From IMG/VR virus record IMGVR_UViG_3300020042_002144, positions 1 to 28,506 of that record: a stretch of 28,506 bases of DNA. The stretch is one strand, 5' to 3'. The notes under the pieces were generated by a model. That model did not search any database. It was not told the DNA's origin and was given only the letters and a program-made list of their open reading frames with translations. Source of the DNA: a virus. Its lineage: Duplodnaviria; Caudoviricetes. This document shows, piece by piece, positions 18,106 through 26,146 of the stretch (positions are counted from its first letter, which is position 1; each line of letters opens with the position of its first letter). A program made the position numbers and the translations under genes.

Positions 18106-18128
18106 AAACAAATATAGAAGGGAAACAA

Positions 18129-19166
18129 ATGCGAATCGCTGTATACACAATCGCTAAAAACGAAGAAGCCTTCGTTCAACGCTGGTACGACTCCGCCAAA
18201 GAAGCCGACCACCTCCTCATCCTTGACACAGGCTCAACCGATAACACCACCACCCTCGCCCACTCGCTCGGTATCCACACTGTTACTCGTGAGTTCAGCC
18301 CGTGGCGATTTGACACAGCCCGCAACATGGCGCTATCCATGCTCCCCCAAGACATTGACCTGTGTATTGCTTTAGATATGGATGAACAACTGCAACCAGG
18401 CTGGCGAGAAGCACTAGAGGGGGTATCCAAAGAGATAACACGCCCCCGATACAAATACACATGGTCATGGAACCCCGACGGCACAGAAGGGCTTGTCTAT
18501 GGTGGCGACAAAATCCACAGCAGACACGGCTACACATGGAAACACCCCGTACACGAAGTTCTTAAACCCACCGATGGTGAAACCCAACACTGGGTAGACG
18601 GGCTACAAATTCACCACCACCCAGACAACTCAAAATCCCGCAGCCAATACCTACCCCTACTTAAACTTGCAGTAGAAGAAGACCCACGAGATGACCGCAA
18701 CCAGTTCTACCTAGCACGAGAACTATTCTTCACAGGTGACCATGCCTTAAGTCAGTACCATTTCAGTCGCCATCTTGACCTGTCCACATGGAACCCTGAA
18801 CGGGCAGCATCCCACAGGTACCTAGCCAAGATGGTCCCCAACGCAGCCGACTACCACCTGTACCGTGCCATCGCTGAAGACCCATCACGACGGGAAACAT
18901 GGGTTGACTTAGCCATGTACTACTACCAGCAACTTAACTGGCTCGGAGTTAGAAACGCAGCATCCTCGGCTTTAGCAATCACCGAAAAACCATTGGACTA
19001 TTTATGTGAAGCAGAAGCATGGGGGTGGCTACCACACGACCTCATGGCTATCGCCTGCCATCACCTTGGTGACACCGACGAAGCGTTCTTTCACGGCTCC
19101 GATGCTGTGGCGTTAAACCCAACAGATGAAAGACTTAAGACAAACCTGTCCCATTATCGGCTATGA
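18129..19166 (+). CDS. Family 2 glycosyltransferase with C-terminal TPR-like helices
   Basis: IAKNEE, DTGSTD, FDTARN, DxD motif LDMDE, VHE, then helical repeats (FYLARE, TWVDLA). Confidence 0.88.
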   Translation: MRIAVYTIAKNEEAFVQRWYDSAKEADHLLILDTGSTDNTTTLAHSLGIHTVTREFSPWRFDTARNMALSMLPQDIDLCIALDMDEQLQPGWREALEGVSKEITRPRYKYTWSWNPDGTEGLVYGGDKIHSRHGYTWKHPVHEVLKPTDGETQHWVDGLQIHHHPDNSKSRSQYLPLLKLAVEEDPRDDRNQFYLARELFFTGDHALSQYHFSRHLDLSTWNPERAASHRYLAKMVPNAADYHLYRAIAEDPSRRETWVDLAMYYYQQLNWLGVRNAASSALAITEKPLDYLCEAEAWGWLPHDLMAIACHHLGDTDEAFFHGSDAVALNPTDERLKTNLSHYRL

Positions 19167-19194
19167 TTGCCTTGGCTGAACACAAGGAGTTTCT

Positions 19195-20082
19195 ATGTCC
19201 ACAGTTGGAACAGTAGTAGACCGTACCGTACGCCAGTTAATGTCTGGCACGGTAGAGGAACGCAACAAAACAGTTGGTGCCTTGACTGCTACATCCACAT
19301 CTATTGTGTTCCAGTACGACCTTAATGGTATGCGGGCTGGTGGTGTTATCCAAATAGATAACGAACTGATGTATGTATGGGAAGTATCCCAAGGTTCTAA
19401 AACGGCAACGGTTGAACGGGCATGGAATGGCACGACTGCTGCTGCCCATGTCAGTGGTTCCGTAACTATTATTGACCCTAAGTTTCCTAGGGCACAAATC
19501 CTTGAAGCAATCAACGCCGAGATAGATGACCTGTCTAGCCCGATGAATGGTTTGTACCAAATCAAAAGCCTTGAGTTGAACTACAACGGTACTTGGAACA
19601 TGATTAACTTGCCAACTACAGACAAAATCATTGACCTTGTATCTGTAACGGTACGCTATATTGCTACTGACTACCCAAAGATTACTCGTTGTCGCCTCAT
19701 CCGTGACCTACCGAATGATGATTTCAACGCTGGGTACGCTATCCGTTTTGATGAACAAGTCCGTGCTGGACGCATGATTGTGGTATACAAAGCACCGTTC
19801 ACTAATGTCACGAGCGAAGCACAGAACCTTCAAAACATTGCTGGCTTCCCTACCACTGCTGAAGACATCCTAATGATGGGTGCCCAGATTCGTTTAGTTT
19901 CCCCACGAGAAGTAAAGCGTAACTTCACTGAGTCACAGGGCGACACTCGCCGTTCAGAAGAAGTACCTACAGGGTCGGTGTCTAGTTCTATTAACAACAT
20001 TATCCGTATGCGCCGTGACCGTATCACTGCTGAAGCGGCACGACTTGCAAGGCAATACCCCACTTTTCTTAGCAGGGTTTAA
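19195..20082 (+). CDS. Probable head-tail adaptor / tail tubular protein A-like
   Basis: AAGGAG SD. Contains IQIDNELM and VERAWNGTTAAAH. Precedes a large beta-rich protein. Function inferred. Confidence 0.55.
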   Translation: MSTVGTVVDRTVRQLMSGTVEERNKTVGALTATSTSIVFQYDLNGMRAGGVIQIDNELMYVWEVSQGSKTATVERAWNGTTAAAHVSGSVTIIDPKFPRAQILEAINAEIDDLSSPMNGLYQIKSLELNYNGTWNMINLPTTDKIIDLVSVTVRYIATDYPKITRCRLIRDLPNDDFNAGYAIRFDEQVRAGRMIVVYKAPFTNVTSEAQNLQNIAGFPTTAEDILMMGAQIRLVSPREVKRNFTESQGDTRRSEEVPTGSVSSSINNIIRMRRDRITAEAARLARQYPTFLSRV

Positions 20083-20085
20083 CTA

Positions 20086-21972
20086 ATGGCGGTGACAACT
20101 TTCACCCTGCCGTATTTCGGTACGCCTCCGTTCTATTCTGGTACCGCAGTATCTTCACTGGTACCTAATGTTTTCCCTGTCGCTATTGATGGTCGCCCGT
20201 TTATGGTTGACCAAAAATCAGGCAAGTTTCAACGGGGTTATGAGCAGCGGGTGCGTGACTCTACGGATGATTCAACTACCCCTGGTGAGGGTGCTATTAA
20301 CCCTGGTGGTTTGTGGAGGCGTGGTCAGGATTCTTGGCATAGTGGTGCGGGGCAAGAGTATGCAGATATGAATGATTCCACACCGTTTAGGTTTTACAAA
20401 TCTAAAGGTGTTAACCCTTGGGTCAAGGGACAGTTAAGTCTTCTGCCTGCTACTAAGTTGTCGTTGTCTAATGCTTCTACTACGCAACACATGGTTGTTT
20501 GTGGTACTCGTGTGTATGTGGCGTTGGATGGTGATGTTAAATTCACTACTAATCCATTTGTTTCTAGCCCTACTTGGACTGCTGTTGTTGATGAGGCTGG
20601 AGGTACTGCTGCCGCCACAGGAACCGTTGCTGCTATGGCTACCGATGGTAACGATGTTTACTTGGCGTTTCCTTCCGATAGTGTCCGAAAGGTTGATACA
20701 AGCGTTGACCCTGCGGTAATTAGCAACACAAAGTTTGTTACTGGAACACATAATTTTTATATACTTGGCTTTGCTAAAAACTATATGTTCGGTGCATACG
20801 ACCAAGACTTGCGTTTAATCAAATCAGACGGAACTCATGGCACTACACCTATCACTCCTGATGACACCAACTTCCGTTGGGTCGGAGTGGCATCAGGACA
20901 AAACGCTGTGTACGCAGCAGGGTTCTCAGGCAAGAAATCTCTTATCTACAAAATAACAATTGACAAAACAACAGGTGTTTTAGATAAAGGTATTGTTGCT
21001 CTTGAACTACCAACAGGTGAAGTAGTCACAGCCATCAGTGGATACCTTGGGTTCATTCTTATCGGCACAAACAAAGGTGTCCGTTACTGTTCAACAGATG
21101 CAGACGCAAACCTTATAGCAGGAAAACTAATCCCAACATCAGGCGATGTAAAAAAGTTTGCATCAAACGACAGGTTCTCATATTTCACATGGTCAAACTA
21201 TGACGGCACATCAAGTGGGTTAGGAGCCTTAGACCTATCAGTCTTCACCACACCTAACACCCCAGCATTTGCCACCGACCTCATGTATACCAGCACTGCC
21301 GATGTCAACAGTGTCGTTGTCTTTGCTGACCCAGTGACACCGTACGCCACCAAACGCATCTTTGCTGTCAGTGGTATAGGCATTGTCGTTGAAGATGCCG
21401 ACAACCTAGTTGCTTCAGGAGAAGTAGAAACAGGCACATGGCGTTGGGGTATCCCAGACCGCAAGTTCATCGCCAAGGTAGACACCCGTTCCACCCCTCT
21501 TGTTGGGGCTATCACTTCATACCTTAAAATTGATGACGGCGCATACAATTCTGTGGGTAGATGGGCTGTTACTGACGATGTTGAAAACTCGTTTGACGGG
21601 TCAGATTCTAAAGCCATTGAAGCAGATTTTAAGTTCGTACTAGAACGAGCCACTGCCACCACTGGACCAACCTTCACCCGTTGGATGGCTAGAGCCTATG
21701 CTGCCCCGTTCCGTTCACAAGTTTTCTCTATCCCTATCATCCTGCATGAGTCAATAACGGTAAGGGGCAAGGAATACTATTACGATGTTGATGAAGAACA
21801 AACCTTCTTTGACGGGCTGATTGGGTCGCCTCGTATTGTTACCCTCCAGATAGGGTCTTTCACCCATAATGTTATTGTTGAGGATATTGTTTGGGAACCT
21901 GCCGATTCTGTGGGTAACAGTTGGGCATTTAATGGGACGCTTGTAGTAACCTTGCGTTCGGTAGAAAACTAG
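20086..21972 (+). CDS. Probable tail nozzle / tail tubular protein B-like
   Basis: 628 aa, beta-propeller-like repeats, between adaptor and fibre. Confidence 0.55.
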   Translation: MAVTTFTLPYFGTPPFYSGTAVSSLVPNVFPVAIDGRPFMVDQKSGKFQRGYEQRVRDSTDDSTTPGEGAINPGGLWRRGQDSWHSGAGQEYADMNDSTPFRFYKSKGVNPWVKGQLSLLPATKLSLSNASTTQHMVVCGTRVYVALDGDVKFTTNPFVSSPTWTAVVDEAGGTAAATGTVAAMATDGNDVYLAFPSDSVRKVDTSVDPAVISNTKFVTGTHNFYILGFAKNYMFGAYDQDLRLIKSDGTHGTTPITPDDTNFRWVGVASGQNAVYAAGFSGKKSLIYKITIDKTTGVLDKGIVALELPTGEVVTAISGYLGFILIGTNKGVRYCSTDADANLIAGKLIPTSGDVKKFASNDRFSYFTWSNYDGTSSGLGALDLSVFTTPNTPAFATDLMYTSTADVNSVVVFADPVTPYATKRIFAVSGIGIVVEDADNLVASGEVETGTWRWGIPDRKFIAKVDTRSTPLVGAITSYLKIDDGAYNSVGRWAVTDDVENSFDGSDSKAIEADFKFVLERATATTGPTFTRWMARAYAAPFRSQVFSIPIILHESITVRGKEYYYDVDEEQTFFDGLIGSPRIVTLQIGSFTHNVIVEDIVWEPADSVGNSWAFNGTLVVTLRSVEN

Positions 21973-21979
21973 GAGTTTT

Positions 21980-23338
21980 ATGGCAGTCAACGGTAAAAGC
22001 AGAAGGTCATATCGGGGTGCACCTGTATCTAATACGCTTGGTGCAACTCTAAATGCAGCAGCGACGAGCATCACCTTGGCTGTTGCCGTGTCTGGCTGGT
22101 CTACTGATGCTGAACCTTTCTTTGTTGTGGTTGACCCTGGTACTACCAAGGAAGAAAAGATTTGTGTCAAGTACGCCAGTGCTACAACCCTCACTGTTGT
22201 AGACCCTGCTTCTACTTCTACATGGAGTGCGTCTGCTAATGGTCGTGGTGCTGATGCTACTACTGACCGTCAACATGAACAGGGTGCTGTTATCTACCCT
22301 GTGTTCACAGCATTGGAAGCAAACCAGGCTAACGAATTAGTATCCAACTACGCCAATGCTGGTTCTGTTGTGTATCAAGGTTCAGGTACCCCAGGTACTT
22401 TCACTGAACTTGTTGTTGGTACGGCTGGTCAGGCGTTAAAAGTTAACTCTGGTGCTACCGCCCCTGAATGGGGACAGTTGGCTGCTGCTGGTATTGCTGA
22501 CGGTGCTGTTACTTCAGCCAAGATTCTTGACGGAACCATTGTTGCTGGAGACATTGCTGATGGTGCTATTACTTCAGCCAAAATTCTTGATGGCACTATT
22601 GTTGATGCCGATGTTAATGCTTCAGCCGCTATTGCTTTAAGTAAATTGGCTACAGGTGCGTTACCTACCAGCATCACGGTTGCATCAGCGAACCTTGTTG
22701 ACCTTACGATTGACACGGCAGACATTAATGCTGGTGCTGTGACGCTGGCTAAGTTGGCTGCTGCTGTTGCAAATGCTCTTGTGCCTGTAGGTACAATTGC
22801 TATGTACGGTGGGGCTGCTGCCCCTACAGGATGGCTACTTTGTGACGGCACATCAACTACTGGCTACACAGCGTTGGCTGCCATTGTTGGTGCCAACACT
22901 CCTGACTTCAAGGGTCGTTTCCCTTTAGGTGACAATGCCTCGTTGAATTTGCGTGACACTGGTGGTTCATCCACTATTGGTACAACCAATCTTCCCGCCC
23001 ACTCTCACGCTGTTGGTACTTTGGCTACGGTTGCGAACTCCACTGGTGTTTCCACAACCAACAACAATACAAGTCAGCATTTCCACGCCGTCGTTGCTGA
23101 CTTGTTGACTTCCACAACGGCTCACGGTCATGGTCAAACAGGACAATTCATGGGTGGAACAAGTGCGACACCTGAAGGTACAAGTTCCTTCAATATCGGC
23201 ACAGACGGCAATCATATCCACGACATCACAGACCCAACCCACAGCCACACAATCACTGGTTCTACGGCCGAGACAGGCGGGGCGCAGGCTTACTACCAGC
23301 CATACCTCGTAGTCAACTACATCATCAAACACGACTAG
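21980..23338 (+). CDS. Tail fibre with collar domain and HxH-rich tip
   Basis: AGGAG SD. IADGAVTSAK-type repeats, collar motif PVGTIAMYGG..AP.GWLLCDG, several HxH motifs. Confidence 0.85.
   Translation: MAVNGKSRRSYRGAPVSNTLGATLNAAATSITLAVAVSGWSTDAEPFFVVVDPGTTKEEKICVKYASATTLTVVDPASTSTWSASANGRGADATTDRQHEQGAVIYPVFTALEANQANELVSNYANAGSVVYQGSGTPGTFTELVVGTAGQALKVNSGATAPEWGQLAAAGIADGAVTSAKILDGTIVAGDIADGAITSAKILDGTIVDADVNASAAIALSKLATGALPTSITVASANLVDLTIDTADINAGAVTLAKLAAAVANALVPVGTIAMYGGAAAPTGWLLCDGTSTTGYTALAAIVGANTPDFKGRFPLGDNASLNLRDTGGSSTIGTTNLPAHSHAVGTLATVANSTGVSTTNNNTSQHFHAVVADLLTSTTAHGHGQTGQFMGGTSATPEGTSSFNIGTDGNHIHDITDPTHSHTITGSTAETGGAQAYYQPYLVVNYIIKHD
22493..22612 (+). repeat. 60-bp tandem duplication in the fibre shaft
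   Basis: IADGAVTSAKILDGTIVAGD / IADGAITSAKILDGTIVDAD at 22493-22552 and 22553-22612. Confidence 0.85.
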
Positions 23339-23353
23339 GATAAGATACCAACC

Positions 23354-23581
23354 ATGATTAAACTACAAACACTCATCCTCCGAATCTTTGGGGTATTCGG
23401 CTCATCCGCACTCGCAGCCGTAGCAGGTGGCGCAATCTTCGGAGTTGAACTCTGGAAATCAGCCGCCATCGCAGGTGTTGTAGCCGCAGGAAAAGTAACC
23501 GAAGCATTGCTTCGTTCATGGTCTGAAGACGGAAACCTCACCAGAGAAGAAGTTGCGGCAGCCTTCGGCAAAAAGGCGTAA
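23354..23581 (+). CDS. Small membrane protein, putative holin
   Basis: 75 aa with two hydrophobic segments and a charged tail. TAAGAT lies 7 nt before the ATG. Confidence 0.6.
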   Translation: MIKLQTLILRIFGVFGSSALAAVAGGAIFGVELWKSAAIAGVVAAGKVTEALLRSWSEDGNLTREEVAAAFGKKA

Positions 23582-24590
23582 CGGATACGCCCTCGTAGGG
23601 GTTGCACTTTCCATTCTGTTTCTAGCTTCTAGTGCTAAAGCAGAAAATCCAATCATCACTGGTATCACTGATTACTGGTTTGAATACACCGAGCCGACAC
23701 AGTTTGAAGCACGGACATACATGGTTGACGGGTTTAACTCTGACCCTCAGCTGTGGCTGTACGACGAGCAAGGCACGTTGATTGTCAGTGTTGACGACCA
23801 CTTCGGTTTGCAGTCATACATATCTGTAGAAGTACAACCTGGCAAATACCGTTTACGGGCGGGTACTTGCTGTTGGCAACCAGATATTTGGCGTGGAGGC
23901 GGGGGCTGGAATGAACGGTATGAGTTGAGTTTCAATGGGCAACCAGCGAACACTACATCCACTACTGAGGAGCCGACGACTACTACATCGTCTACGACCA
24001 CAACATCTACTACCAGTACTACCAGTACGACCACTACGACCACTACGACCAGCACTACATCTACCACCACCACAACAGTAGTGCCCACAACAACCACAGA
24101 GTTACCAACAACCACAACATCTACTGTTCCCATTCCTCAAACAACTGTGCCTCCATCAACCGTGCCAACCACGACAACATCAACGCTGGCACCCACAACA
24201 ACAAGTACATCTACTACCTCCACTACGAGTACAACTTCAACGACGCTACCACCAGTAGTTGTACCTCCTGTCGTAAGTCCTGAAGAAGCAGTGGCTTTGG
24301 CTACCGACCCTGAAGCGTTGGCTGTCATCACCGCTGAGGAAGCAACCCAAGTCTTTGATGCCCTAGTCCTTGACGACCTGACAGATGACCAACTAACTGA
24401 ACTTGTGTCAGCCGTTCAAGATGCACCCGTTGCTGTCCGTGAATCCTTTGAGGCTTCAGTCAATGTATTCGGCGGGGCAGTAGACACCTATGTCCCTATT
24501 GGTTCAACGGTACCTGTCAGCACCCGCCGTGCCCTCATCGCCATCACCATCATGACCTCACTCATGGTTATCCCAACTAAACGAAAGTGA
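23553..24590 (+). CDS. Exported, membrane-anchored protein with a PPC-like domain and Thr-rich mucin-like stalk
   Basis: Signal peptide ending AKA. Beta domain DPQLWLYD...DD...PGKY. ~100 aa T/S/P tract. C-terminal hydrophobic helix followed by KRK. TTG start. Confidence 0.75.
   Translation: MRQPSAKRRNGYALVGVALSILFLASSAKAENPIITGITDYWFEYTEPTQFEARTYMVDGFNSDPQLWLYDEQGTLIVSVDDHFGLQSYISVEVQPGKYRLRAGTCCWQPDIWRGGGGWNERYELSFNGQPANTTSTTEEPTTTTSSTTTTSTTSTTSTTTTTTTTSTTSTTTTTVVPTTTTELPTTTTSTVPIPQTTVPPSTVPTTTTSTLAPTTTSTSTTSTTSTTSTTLPPVVVPPVVSPEEAVALATDPEALAVITAEEATQVFDALVLDDLTDDQLTELVSAVQDAPVAVRESFEASVNVFGGAVDTYVPIGSTVPVSTRRALIAITIMTSLMVIPTKRK
23950..24250 (+). repeat. Low-complexity Thr/Ser codon tract
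   Basis: acN-rich repeats encoding TTTTS. Confidence 0.85.
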
Positions 24591-24603
24591 TAAAGTACAA
24601 CCT

Positions 24604-24777
24604 ATGCGTAAATATCTAGGAGCCATCATCAGCCTGTCACTGTGGCTAACCAGCACTGGACTTATGCTTATCACCCTGTCTGGGGATACGCTCAACAAGG
24701 CTCTATACATTAGTGCAGCAGCCTTCGTTATTAACATACTTGCCATCGCTTTTGGCATTGGCGTAGACGAAGAATAA
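24604..24777 (+). CDS. Two-TM membrane protein (57 aa, MRKYLGAIISLSLW...GIGVDEE), holin-like, not in the ORF track
   Basis: Translated by hand. TGA-TAAAGT lies 7 nt before the ATG. Abuts the endolysin gene. Confidence 0.7.
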   Translation: MRKYLGAIISLSLWLTSTGLMLITLSGDTLNKALYISAAAFVINILAIAFGIGVDEE

Positions 24778-24778
24778 A

Positions 24779-25291
24779 ATGCGCAAGTACACAGGCTCAT
24801 CTGATGGGGTATCAAAAACAAAAGCAGCCCGACCTGGCTTACTTAAATTAATAGATTTGTCCCAGCGTAGGTGGGGTTTCACCAATATGGGGTCGTTCTC
24901 CAATCGTATGATGAATAACCCCAAGGCTGTGGCAGGTGACCCTAAGTGGTTGTCCGTCCATGCCACTGGTCGTGCCTGTGACCTCGGATACAAAGACCGC
25001 AAGGATGCAGTAGAGGCATGGGATTGGTTTGTCCTCCATGCTGATGCGTTAGAGATTGAAGAAATCCACGACTACGCATACGATGCAAATGTTAAAGACA
25101 AGGTACAAGGTTGGGGTCGTGGCTACCGTTGCCAGCGTAAACCAGGCGAGAAACTGGTCAAGATTTATAACGATAAAGACAATGCTGGTTCAAGGGGTGG
25201 ACGGTGGTTGCACCTAGAACTTTCTCCTGCTATGGCTGACGACCCTGAACGCTTTGAAGCGGCGTGGCGTTCGCTACCTAAACCTGCATAA
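24779..25291 (+). CDS. Endolysin, Zn peptidase of the M15 (LAS fold) type
   Basis: SVHATGRACD (SxHxxGxAxD) and WLHLE zinc-ligand motifs. Flanked by membrane proteins. Confidence 0.8.
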   Translation: MRKYTGSSDGVSKTKAARPGLLKLIDLSQRRWGFTNMGSFSNRMMNNPKAVAGDPKWLSVHATGRACDLGYKDRKDAVEAWDWFVLHADALEIEEIHDYAYDANVKDKVQGWGRGYRCQRKPGEKLVKIYNDKDNAGSRGGRWLHLELSPAMADDPERFEAAWRSLPKPA

Positions 25292-25521
25292 TGGATATCG
25301 TCAGTGTTCTTGCCACAATTGCTGGGTCTATTGTTTCTATCGGTGTTATCTATCGTGGTGTTGTTAGACCTATTTTTCGGTGGGCACAACGACTAGATAA
25401 AGCAATCACTACTGTTGAGATGCACATGAATAATAATGGTGGTACTTCATTGCGTGATGCTATTGACAGAATTGAAAATCGTATTACAAAACTTGAGGAC
25501 TATGTAACGAAACCTTGGTAG
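25291..25521 (+). CDS. Membrane protein with NGGTSLRD coiled coil (actinophage lysis-cassette type)
   Basis: N-terminal TM plus NNGGTSLRDAIDRIE. TAATG coupled to the endolysin. Confidence 0.75.
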   Translation: MDIVSVLATIAGSIVSIGVIYRGVVRPIFRWAQRLDKAITTVEMHMNNNGGTSLRDAIDRIENRITKLEDYVTKPW

Positions 25522-25540
25522 TGGTAGTGTCTTAAGTCCT

Positions 25541-25675
25541 ATGACTAACGAAGCAATTGAAACTCTCCTATATTTTCTTTCTAAAATCCATGTGCAACCA
25601 GCACAACAAGACCAGTTCTTCTGGGCTGTTAAACAGTTAGAAACCTTACGCAGTAAGCAAACGCAAGCAGCCTAA
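25541..25675 (+). CDS. Hypothetical protein (44 aa, MTNEAIETLLYFL...), not in the ORF track
   Basis: Fills the gap. TGG-TAGTGT and the palindrome GTCTTAAGTC precede the ATG. Confidence 0.55.
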   Translation: MTNEAIETLLYFLSKIHVQPAQQDQFFWAVKQLETLRSKQTQAA

Positions 25676-25695
25676 ACCTCTAGTATTATTAAGGC

Positions 25696-25821
25696 ATGGC
25701 AAATACCCGTGACCTTTTTATGTGCCCGCAATGCGGAGAGATGTGGCTGTCAAAGACGGGGCGGTACTGTGTTGAGTGCCGAGTGGAAGGGGAACCTCTT
25801 GATGACCCAACAGACGATTGA
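25696..25821 (+). CDS. Zinc-ribbon microprotein (41 aa, CPQC...CVEC), not in the ORF track
   Basis: MANTRDLFMCPQCGEMWLSKTGRYCVECRVEGEPLDDPTDD. TATTAT lies 6 nt before the ATG. Confidence 0.7.
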   Translation: MANTRDLFMCPQCGEMWLSKTGRYCVECRVEGEPLDDPTDD

Positions 25822-26083
25822 GTTCGCACCGCAAGAATACCCAGTCGCTCTCATCTACTGGGCTGATGCGTGTGGCGGTGATGCAGGCTGGCTAACACTG
25901 GATGAAGTGGAAGACGACGGCGAAGTTCTCGTGCAATCAGTAGGCTTTCTTGTGCCTGTCGGTGACGCTGGCTCTAAAGAAAACCACATGACTTTACTGC
26001 AAAGCATCCACGATGGCGAAGGTATCAACCTGTTTTATATCCCTGTTGCAATGGTCAGGAAAATTGTTTTACTAAACGCTTGA
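25802..26083 (+). CDS. Phage hypothetical protein (IYWADA...GW...SVGFL...IPxAMV)
   Basis: True start is probably ATG 25802 with GAAGGGGA SD, not 25709. Confidence 0.75.
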   Translation: MTQQTIEFAPQEYPVALIYWADACGGDAGWLTLDEVEDDGEVLVQSVGFLVPVGDAGSKENHMTLLQSIHDGEGINLFYIPVAMVRKIVLLNA

Positions 26084-26108
26084 CATTGACGCACCCCACC
26101 TGTACTCT
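26080..26108 (+). promoter_or_regulatory. sigma70/SigA promoter of the early recombination module
   Basis: TTGACA (26080-26085)-17 nt-TACTCT (26103-26108). Confidence 0.75.
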
Positions 26109-26146
26109 GTGACGCAACAACTGTTACACAGAGAAGGGGAAGTTAA

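Noticed and set aside
25709-25801. N-terminal extension of the 124-aa ORF
   Set aside because: It overlaps the zinc-ribbon ORF, and the SD supports a start at 25802. The track starts at 15389, 27687 and 28068 were trimmed for similar reasons.
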